This document shows, in pieces, positions 54,079-64,000 of a stretch of 64,000 nt of DNA. Every line of letters begins with the position of its first letter. Position 1 is the first letter of the stretch. This stretch comes from Rhodosorus marinus CCMP1338 (lineage: Eukaryota; Plantae; Rhodophyta). The stretch spans positions 2,356,001 through 2,420,000 of the forward strand of contig JAMWBK010000006.1 of NCBI GenBank assembly GCA_029953675.1, written 5' to 3'. Both the position numbers and the translations under genes were made by a program. The notes under the pieces are model-generated. The model saw nothing but the letters and a program-made list of their open reading frames with translations, did no database searches and was not told the origin of the DNA.

Positions 54079-55817
54079 TTTTTTTGTTTGCTAGTGTCAA
54101 ATAACAAAATTGAATGGACTTGCTCGAAACAACGCGTTAGTCTCATCCGTGACCAAACAGACTGTTTAACACATTAGGCTCGGAGCGCGGCTGGCAATAA
54201 CTGCTAATTCCCTCCAACGAATTTGACCCTTCGATACACGAACTCTGAGCAAGGCTCGTGAAAATCCTCCTTTGCTCAAAACGTCCAATTTCCGCTCCCC
54301 GCGTACTTGCTATGAGTCAGTCATAGCCGCACGGTGCCCTGCGTAGTCACTCGCTCAGACCAAAAGTCACCAAGAAGCAGGAAACGAGTCCTCACTCGGC
54401 TCTTCGTCAACTAAATCCATCCACGTGAAAGTTCCAGTCCTCTTCGAGCGCGTGTTGTAGAGGGGAGAAACCACCTTATTTGTTCCCTCCTCGACTCTTC
54501 TCAACCCCTACAACTCTGATAATCCTTGCACTACTACGTAACTCCGCAATCCTCTCCCACTAGCTTCGAAACGAGCCAGCAAACGCCTATTTGAATCAGA
54601 CAATCACCCCTCCACAGTCTCCATCTGCCGCACGGAAATTCGGGAATCCCCGAAAGCGCCACAAATTAAATGACCGCTTTTTCTAGCCAACATTGGGGAG
54701 GCCTTTCCGGGAAAAAATGGCCTGGCATTCTGGAAGATTCCCGCAGGGGTTAGAGTTTCGGCGCTTACGGCTTTTCTGTGTGACGACTTTCGTCGGATTC
54801 TCCCCACCCCTTTTCAGTTTTCTTTTGAGAGCGAAAGTCGGAAGAGTTTTTTCGAAATATTGTTTCTATCTTGGAACCCATTCGGATTTTGCGATGTTTT
54901 TACAGTAGTATTGGATGTGATGTACAAATGTGGCCTAGTGTTGAAGATCTGCGACCATATGCTTCAACATTCCACGTTTGTTCGCGGGCGGGGGTCCCAG
55001 TCTGAGGATAATCGTTAGCTAAGATTTCATCCCCGACTGCAAGCTGCGGGAACTCTCTTATATGCTGAATTGCTTAGTATGACGGGTCAGTTGTCATCCA
55101 CGGCATCTCTTGCTCAGAGCAAGGGTGAAAGCGTGAGATCAAAGCCAGTAAAAGCTGTTCCGCAGCTCCTTTTAATCTGCCCCGAGAGTGTCATAGTTGC
55201 TCTCCGCAGAACGACTATGGTAGGTGAATGCACAAAACCGTGAATCCACTCCAGCTGCTCAGTACTAAAGGGCATGCCTGCAAAAGATAAAACCTATATA
55301 AACTGAGACGAGTGCTGCTCGCGCTTGCCATTCACAGACCCAGCCAAAACAATCTCGCAGAGCACTAGTAACCGCTGCAGGGGCGGCCGGGGTTTACGTT
55401 AATCCGTACGAATGCCGAGATTTTCTTTTCTCTCTGCTTTGACGTTGTTCGCGGCTGGGTCGCTGTCCTTTGTTTAAGGGCTAACGTAACCCCAGACTAA
55501 CGCACCCAAGGACCCTTCGAAGATTTCGCTTGTTTATATGGCGTGCTAACAAATTCGCTCTTTTGAATCGAGGCAAAAAGAAAAAAAAGAGTTTTCGTTG
55601 TCCAGATGCACTGGACCTAGCTTTGGCTGGCTCCCTCCTGAAAACCTTCGAAACTGTACTAGCCAGTTTCGAAGGTTTCGGAGTTCATCGATGAGGAGTA
55701 TCGGGATTTAATTCGGAAGCCCTAAGAGAGGGAGTCTGAAGTACTAAAGGATTTCTAAGGCTGAGCGCGTCAGACATGCCGTTGTGCGAATGATCAGACC
55801 GGAATGAATCGAGAGTT

Positions 55818-56810
55818 ATGCCAGGATTTCAGTCGATTTTGTTCTTCCTAGTCGTATTGTACATTGCCTTGAGTACGAATCCCGATGAGGAATCTTTCCG
55901 GAGATTTGCGGGATCCAGAATACGACGACAGGAGAAGGTTCAGTGCTCGGAGTCGGGAATCTGTGTGCATGGTGGTGGATTCTCTAGGATCTTGGAACCT
56001 TTCAACACAGACTCCAAGAAGGTGCTAGGATTTCAAGTTGCAGACGGATCTCCGCGACTCTACTTCCGTGGCACGGACTGCGTCTTTTTCACTGTGGTGC
56101 ATTGGACCAGTCCCTTGTCGGGCGCGTATCTCGGTATTCTGAATATATGGATAGCGCTTCCGCAACCGAAAGCGATTCGCGATGTGGTTGTGGTCAATCG
56201 CGATCAGTTAACGAGACTTTTGCCAGCAATAGGACTGTGGCAGGGAAGGAACGAAGAACTACCTCCGACTGAACGTGTTCTCGGAATAGTGTATACAGTT
56301 ATCTTCACGGCGCTTGCTCTCAGTTCACCCAGAGTCCGCGACGGACTCCTCTGGAGCAGGACATCAGCACGGAGAGGGCGCCTCTGGACAGCTGCCATAA
56401 GTCTTTTCGCTCATCGGACCTGGTTCTCGACCGCTCGCAGCGTGCTAGTTGTTCTCTTCTGTACATCTTCCCTAGTGGAATCAGTTGGCAAGTCCGCGTT
56501 TGTTGAGTTGCTGGGGTGCAGTGCTGTCGGTGCAATAGTGGCAACTGCAATGGCCGGCAGCGAGACCAGCCCGTTCTACCTTGGCCCGGTGACACCTTAC
56601 AGTACTCTTGTTGCCCTTTGCATGGTTGGTCTTGATTCAAGGGTGAAGATTAGATGGCTAGTGTTCTCTAACCTGTCTGTTTCACCATTTGACGCTCTGA
56701 TGGCGTCAGTAGCAGTGGAACTCATTGAAGGCAGTCTTCAGGGAGGTCTTATCGCTGCGGTAGCTGCGCTTACCTCCTGGCTGTTCGCTCGAATCGGACT
56801 TCTGCGTTAG
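55818..56810 (+). CDS. Intronless multi-pass membrane protein: N-terminal TM/TNP-motif module plus rhomboid-like fold lacking catalytic motif
   Basis: 330-aa ATG ORF. TM then TNPDEESFRRF (DUF4359-like). The C-half has rhomboid-like RGRLWTAAISLFAH and LVESVGKSAFVELL plus 5-6 hydrophobic helices. No GxSG motif. Confidence 0.65.
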   Translation: MPGFQSILFFLVVLYIALSTNPDEESFRRFAGSRIRRQEKVQCSESGICVHGGGFSRILEPFNTDSKKVLGFQVADGSPRLYFRGTDCVFFTVVHWTSPLSGAYLGILNIWIALPQPKAIRDVVVVNRDQLTRLLPAIGLWQGRNEELPPTERVLGIVYTVIFTALALSSPRVRDGLLWSRTSARRGRLWTAAISLFAHRTWFSTARSVLVVLFCTSSLVESVGKSAFVELLGCSAVGAIVATAMAGSETSPFYLGPVTPYSTLVALCMVGLDSRVKIRWLVFSNLSVSPFDALMASVAVELIEGSLQGGLIAAVAALTSWLFARIGLLR

Positions 56811-57287
56811 ATGTTGGATGTACATTTGCATAGTTTGGGATAGAGCGTCCTGGAGCTAGGAGCTCTTGATTTACCGACTGAAGTCAGCGGACCTTCGTAT
56901 ATACGTGAACGCGATATCGCGATCGGTGTCCAGCGGCTTCTCAAGAAAGCCTACGAGTTGGAACTAGTTAACCATTGTAGAAAAAGCGTGTTTCCCCCTT
57001 GTTTGAGACTTCTCGCATGCTGCCATGAATCCGGAAGGATCAATGTGTGTCCCGACGAGGGTTTTCCTATCTTCAAGATGCGCTTTTTTCTCGGCGAAGC
57101 CGTTTCATTTTTTCCGCCTCGCATGGAACATTCGTTGTTACCGTAGAAGAAGTAAATCTTTTTCCACAAGGCATGTTAACCCCAGCTCGCAATCTGTGAC
57201 GCTTCGTAAAGAGAGTGTTCAGAGCATTGAAAAGCTGCATCATAGAAGTCGATCAGCGCGCGCTTTTCATCTGGCTTCGTATTCGGT

Positions 57288-57400
57288 CTTTTCCATGCGA
57301 AGCCGGTTTACTTGCACGCAAGCTTGACCTCCTACTGCGACGATTTAAAAGAACTGTCTGCGTTCAGCCTTTTCCATGCGAAGCCGCTCATTTGCACGTA
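57288..57400. repeat. Imperfect direct repeat, 81-bp period
   Basis: CTTTTCCATGCGAAGCCG is exact at 57288-57305 and 57369-57386, each followed by ...TTGCACG. Confidence 0.8.
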
Positions 57401-58425
57401 ACCTTCGTCTCCTAATGCGATAATCTAGACAACTGTCACCATCGTGCATCTTCTATGATCTACTGCGGCCCTGGAACAAGCAAAGGCATCTTGCGAAGTC
57501 AGCGTAACCACTGTTACAGACCTCAACCTCCTTTTCCGGGGAAGCATGTCTCCTAGGCTTGTAAACAGAACGACGCCAGGAAGCCGCGACTTCGCGTGCT
57601 GGGCTCTACTGTATTTTGGACTCTTCAAAATTTTGTTTTTCATTTCCCGGGGAGGAGGAAGAGACGACCTCAAACCGAAACCGCAATGTCGAAACTCCTA
57701 CAACCAAAGACACGCGTCCCTCATTCACTGGGTTAGGGACATCGTTTTTGTCTTAGGGGGTATACTCCGTCTTGAAGAATACCGTACTCTACCAAGAAAG
57801 CACTTTCGATTCCTTGATTGTTTGAGATACTGACAATATTTTGGAGGATCGTTGGGCGCATATACTGTCTTGTCAATGACAATGGGGAAGATTCGCCGAG
57901 CGTGAGATCGAGCTGCTTCGAAGACGATGGGCCGTTCATCATATTGTGGGGACAGAATCATCAAACTAGCAGAAATAGAATTTTCGGAGAAATTTCGACT
58001 CTTGCTAGCCTGGCTCAGATTTTTTCTTTGCTAGCAGGGATTGGGTGGTCGAAAGTGATAGGATTGGCCAAGAAGCAAATGAAGTTCTGCCTTATCCAAT
58101 CACTGCCAGGATACATTGGAACTCGCTCTCGAGGCGGCAGATCTTTGGATGGGGAATCGCTGAAAAACTTAATTTTTCTTCTTCGTCCTTTCTAGAGGAG
58201 GTCGACAAGCACCACTCACTACCCTTGAAATTTGTAGAATCAGAACTGTTTCTTGTGGATTTCTTTTTTGCACGTTGGATAATGGTAGCGTATCCTCAGC
58301 TGGCAGACCACCATCCTGACTGTATTATAAGTTCGCTTTAGATCTGGAGAGCGTGCAGTAGGATTGTGGGAGTAGACGTGCAGGTCGTGGGAAAGGTTTG
58401 CGTTTCTGAACTTGCCTGTGGAAAT

Positions 58426-59805
58426 ATGGAGCAAGCTGCTTTTGTGTGTGGGGGTGTTTTTGGAGCTCGTAGGAGCACTCTGTCCACCTCGGATGTAGTG
58501 TCCTCCCGCAGCGCGTTTGTCGCGCGCCGTAGCAACGTTGGAGTTGGAAAGTTCTCGTTCCAGGCGAGTCAAGCCAAGCGTTCCGGTGTGATCGTCATGG
58601 CAACGGAAACCGACACGATGGTGAAGGCCGACTCTGCCACAGGAATGCACACAGCTGCCGCAGTGAGTGCCGAAATCAGCAAGGCTATGGCCGCGAAGGG
58701 AATCGACCGACCAGTCATTATCGGTGTCGCTGCTGATTCCGGCTGTGGGAAATCCACCTTCCTGCGTCGTGTTGCGGATATTTTCGGAACCAAGCTTACG
58801 AAGGCACATACACCGCAGGGAGAGTTCCTGACGGTTATCTGCTTAGATGATTTTCATACGCACGATCGAATGGGACGTAGGGAGGCAGGTGTAACGGCCC
58901 TGGACCCAGCGGCAAACAACTTTGACCTCATGTACGAGCAGGTTAAGGCACTGAAGGAGGGAAAGTCCGTCATGAAGCCAATCTACAACCACGAGACCGG
59001 AGAAATCGACCCGCCGGAGCTGGTTGAGCCGAACCATCTAGTGGTCATCGAAGGTCTCCATCCCATTTATGATGAGCGAGTGCGCGAGCTTTTGGACTTC
59101 AGCGTCTACTTGGATCTCGCGGATGAAGTTAAGATCGCCTGGAAGATCCAGAGGGACATGGCTGAGCGAGGCCATACGCTGGAAGCTATTCTGGCTTCAA
59201 TTGAATCTCGCAAGCCCGACTTTGCGGCATACATTGACCCACAGAAGAAGCACGCTGATGTTGTTATGGAAATTCTCCCGACCGAGCTGATTCCAGATGA
59301 CGATGAGAAGAAGGTCCTTCGAGTTCGCCTCATCCAGAACGAGGGAATTGAGGGATATGAACCCGTGTTTCTTTTCGACGAAGGTTCCACGATGGAGTGG
59401 ATTCCGTGTGGAAAGAAGCTTGCTTGCAGCTATCCTGGAATCAAGTTCCGATCTGGACCTGATACTTATTATGACAAGAGTGTAAGTGCCCATCAGGAAT
59501 AGCAGCCCAGGCATTGTCGAACACCGAAAGAAGCTGATTTGACCCGTCCTCTTCTAACGTTGTAGGTCGATGTTGTAGACTGTGATGGTGGGTTTGAGAA
59601 GCTCGACGAGATGATCTACGTCGAATCTCACATGAACAATACCAGCACGAAGTTCTACGGTGAAGTTACCCAGCAACTCCTGAAGAATTCGTCCGCACCG
59701 GGAAGCAAGAATGGCACTGGTTTGTTCCAGGTCATTATGGCGCTCAAAATGCGTGAAGCTTACGAGCGAATTACTGGCAGATCTATCACCCCGGCCCTGT
59801 CGTAG
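58426..59805 (+). CDS. PRK: Phosphoribulokinase, plastid-targeted, 2 exons
   Basis: AAFV transit peptide. IIGVAADSGCGKSTF, VICLDDFH, IYNHETG, KIQRDMAERGH, WIPCGKKLACSYPG, YVESHM, NGTGLFQ. One intron gtaagt...tag at ~59482-59565. Confidence 0.97.
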
Positions 59806-60534
59806 GACGATAGCGCCTCAACTTGTTAAAAACGTGAACGCTTTAGAGAGTAAAAATGAAATTTAGTTCCTCAAAGTCCATTTACTTTTTTGCCCTGGAC
59901 TGTCAAATATAGTCGGGCGTGCGTCTCCATCCTCCCTCCCGCCCGCCCGTGTACAGCCTATGATGGTCACACTTTCCTTGCGATTCAAGACGATCGCCGA
60001 ATGGATTCCAAAAACACCCGCTAGCTCATAATGGAGTACAATTTAGACACAGCGAAAACATGCTGATTTTGAAAAGCTGAACGAACACATTCTTTCGATA
60101 GCAAGCTGTGGGTCCTGCCGACGAACATGGAATACTGCATCTTGTGCATGCGGGAGAAGTCTAGCAAGATTGTTGCAAGTTTATGTCTGTCTTAGACTAG
60201 GCCGAGGCTCTCTTTTGAGCTCTGTTCGGGAACCCGGACAGGTAGTTGCTCCTTGACGAGTGTACATTTTCGCTGTTAAGCGTTTACGAGCGGACTTCGC
60301 TAGTGAATATGCTAGGCTACAGGGGAAACAGGTTGACAAATCGCAGATCAATTTAGTTCAGAATCAGCTTAGACACTCTCCTCTATCACATTAGGATGCC
60401 CCGCGGGGTTGGTTCTCCTGTGGTTGTGCTTTCTGTCTTGCTCGTCAGCTACATCGTTTGTTCCGATGTGATCGGCCAGTTCGGAGGCCAGGTCGGAGGT
60501 TACAGTTCATACTAAGCTCACACTTTTTTCCTTC

Positions 60535-63500
60535 TCACACATCTGTATCGTAATTGAGAATTGGCCTCAACCATTTTTCGGCCGTCCTCGTGTCCCATGA
60601 CTTTCGCTCTTGATAGTCAGTCGCCTGTTCCTTTGTAATCTGCCCGACAGCAAAATACTTGCCTACGGACACCGAGAAAACAGAACGGGGTCAGTGAACG
60701 ACGCAAGACCGTTATGAGACGAGAGACCTTGGCAATGTATCATACTATTTGGGTGAGCGAAGAGCAAGCCGCTCACGCTCGCTGGTGGGGTCATGGCCAG
60801 CGACTCCGTTAGTCCTATTCCAGCCTTGTCCGCCTCCAAGAGTTCCCACATCACGGATTTCTCCGTATGATCAGGCTGGAGTGCGGTTTGAAACCAAAGC
60901 AGGCAGGCGTTCAGGGAAAATCTTCAGTAAACCGAGGATAAGCAATTACAATTTCCTCTTCAGACAAACACCCACCTGCGAAGGATATCCTGGGGCAGGT
61001 CTAATGCCTTCATACTTAATTTTCAACAAGTCTTCTCTGTCCAGGCTTTCCTCCTTCGCATATCCCCATAAGGTTTTCCGAACCTCCTCGTGCATGTACT
61101 CCGCAAACGCTTCAGCAAGTCGATCTGCCAAAGCTTCAGTCATTATGGCTCTGTAGTCATCATTTTTCTTTTTGTAGTCCTCCACGAGCTCCTTTTTACT
61201 CGCGGACAAACAAGAACCTCCTCCATGAGCTCCAGCTCTCATACACCCCACGCCACCCAAACAAATAAGTTTGCACGGTCACATAATCCGCAATGCTCAC
61301 CTCGGCATTGATTCCAGCAGTACATGCAAACATGCCAATGTAGTCTCGAATTCCACTCTCGAGAGGCGCGACGAAATCAGACATCGCCAGGTATGGGTCG
61401 TCTGTCTCCTTCTCGCACTGCTGTCTCAACGTGTGTAGAACTCCAATTCGAGTCTGTTCGGATCTGTTCTGGTCGTCAGAGTAAACCTCAACGTCATCAC
61501 CAACAGAATTTGCGGGATAGAAAGCCACGACGCCTGGAAATTAATGAAGGTGTTGAGCAAAGATCTTCCAGTGAGCGAAATGGGTATCAGACTAAAAATA
61601 TAGTCGCATGGAGGCGTTGGCTTGCGTGCTCTAGCTTATACCGTTTGCACGCAGTAATTTTCCCTCGATGAACTCTTGCAGCATGTCTGCCGCATCCTTG
61701 TGCAGCTCCAAAGCCTGAGCACCGACATCCGGGTCCTTAAAGATCTTTGGATATCCCCGATTCGGATACTTTCCCCTAATCTGCCATGTACTGAAGAAAG
61801 GGTTCCAGTCTATGTACGGAACCAACAGCTCCAACGGCAGCTCCAGTACTTCTCTCCTTCCGATGAAAGAAGGTTTCACCGCTGGTGGTCTTGTGAGGAA
61901 GTCTATCTCAAACTTGTTCTCGCGTGCTTCCGAAAGCGATAGGAACTTTCTCTCTTCCAGGCCTGCATAATGCTCCTGTGCAACAAGCGACGGATAATAT
62001 GGCAGAAGGAATATTCAGACACCCAGAAAACACAACGTTTTAGGGGAGGTCGGACGAAAATTCAGAATTGCAAGGTTTACTTCTCGAAGTTCTTCGTATT
62101 CTTCATCAACGTCAGCAACAAAGTCTTCAGTATTCTTCTCATCCAACAGGCTCGAAACGACCGGCACACTTCGCGACGCGTCCAATACGTGCACAACTGG
62201 GCCACTGTAGGCTGGTCTGATCTTCACAGCAGTATGCATCTTTGAAGTTGTCGCTCCGCCAATTAATAGGGGAATCCTTAGCCTGGTTTTCTCCAACTTC
62301 TTAGCCATGAAAACCATTTCGTCTAGTGACGGAGTGATTAGGCCGGACAATCCGACAACGTCGGCATTATTCTCTATGCACGCTTCAATAATCTTATCGG
62401 GCGGACACATGACCCCGAGATCTATGACTCGGTAGTTATTGCAGCCCAGCACAACTCCGACTATGTTCTTCCCAATATCGTGAACGTCGCCCTTGACCGT
62501 TGCAATAACAAACGTTCCAGCGTACATATCTGTTTCTTCCGCTGCCAAGCCAGCTTCCAAAGCCTTTCGCCTCGCCTCCTCCTTCTCAATTTCCATGTAT
62601 GGAACCAATACTGCCACTGCCTTCTTCATAACTCGGGCGCTTTTGATCACTTGAGGTAGAAACATCTTTCCCGCTCCGAACAAGTCTCCAACAACGTTCA
62701 TACCGTCCATTAAGGGGCCTTCAATGACTTCGAGAGGCCTTGCATATTTTTGTCTGGCTTCTTCCGTGTCTTGCTCCACAAACTCATCGAGTCCTTTCAC
62801 GAGAGAGTGTGTCAAACGCTCCTGAACCGGAGCTTCTCTCCACTTCGACTTTTCCTTATCCTCCTTCCTCCCTTGAGAGCACAAACGGCAGTAAAGCGGT
62901 TGTGAACGAACGCTTTCACTAAGCTTCTAAAACATAGTTCCCTAGCAAACTGTCATGGCAATGTGCTCACCTTCTTTAGTCATAGTCAGTGAGTAGTTGA
63001 GAAGCTTTTCCGTGGCTTCTTCATGTCGATTCAGCAGAACATCTTCAATCAATTTCAGCAACTCCTTATCGATGTCATCATAGTTGGGAATCAGTCCAGC
63101 ATTGACGATACCCATATCCAGACCCTTGTCTATTCCGTAGACAAGGAAAGCCGAATGCATGGCTTCTCGGAGAGTAGAATTCCCCCTGAAGGAGAAAGAG
63201 ACGTTGGAGACTCCGCCAGAAACGTGGCATCCGGGCAACGTGTCTCTAATGATTCTCGAGGCTTCGAAGAAATTAACCGCGTAGTTGTTGTGCTCTTCAA
63301 TGCCAGTGGCGACAGTCAAGATGTTTGGATCAAATATAATATCCGTCGGGGCAAAATTCACTATGTCGACCAGTATTTTGTACGCCCTGGTGCATATGCG
63401 AACCTAAGATCAAGCGGACAGTACAGGTCAGAGTAACCGGTGAACCACCTGAAGGTCCCGGGCCCAAGTATCACAAGCGCCGTCGAATAGAACATTGAAG

Positions 63501-64000
63501 TATTGGATTCGACTCTTGGTGTTTGAATGGTGTCTTTGAGGCAACGTACCTTATCTCGCATGGTTGCAGCCTGTCCTTGCTCATCGAAGGCCATAACCAC
63601 AACAGCAGCACCGTATCGTTTCACAATCCTCGCATTCTTAACAAACGCATCTTCACCTTCCTTCAGAGAGATCGAGTTGACTATACACTTTCCCTGCGTA
63701 CATTGTAGGCCCTCCTCGACGACGCTGAATTTTGAAGAGTCGATCATGAAAGGCACCCTGGCCACATCCGGTTCTGTGGCGAGGAGATTGCAAAATCTCC
63801 TCATTACTGCGTGCGAGTCTAAAAGTCCCTCATCAAAATTCAAGTCTATAACTTGCGCCCCGTTAGCGACCTGCTTAACAGCGATGGCAAGCATTTTGTT
63901 GTAATCACCAGCGATAACCGCTTTTTTAAACAGGGCGGAGCCCGCAACATTGCATCGTTCTCCGATGTTTACAAACTTGACAAACTCCGGGTCAAGCGTA
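60535..64000 (-). CDS. metH: Cobalamin-dependent methionine synthase, multi-exon, 5' part outside window
   Basis: [89 protein letters not shown]12-binding [14 protein letters not shown]...[29 protein letters not shown]. Confidence 0.97.

Overview
Gene-dense eukaryotic nuclear DNA (~50% GC) with many short GT-AG introns and CTAAC/CTGAC branch points. It is most consistent with an intron-rich unicellular red alga (inference from Phe-containing plastid transit peptides such as MAFV/AAFV/GFV, eukaryote-type PRK, DUF1997, and a TSC2 homologue, which green plants lack). I can support about 21 protein-coding genes: VPS26 (partial), TMEM62-like metallophosphoesterase, REV3, RRP46, mitochondrial m-AAA FtsH/AFG3, DTD1, an AT-hook nucleolar-type protein, TECR, LETM1, MINPP1-like phosphatase, DUF1997, RRP42, DUF861 cupin, KRR1, a PDZ-PPR protein, plastid RF3 (prfC), TSC2, an EF-hand/SNF1-CIPK-like kinase, a rhomboid-like membrane protein, PRK and metH (partial). 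I found no tRNA, rRNA, snRNA, CRISPR array or intact transposon. The most interesting block is 45.4-54.1 kb. There, an N-myristoylated four-EF-hand kinase of unusual architecture sits directly upstream of TSC2. The spacer holds a ~111-116 bp tandem triplication and weak TBC1D7-like peptide fragments. Gene spans include introns and were spliced by eye, so exon edges and some termini are approximate.
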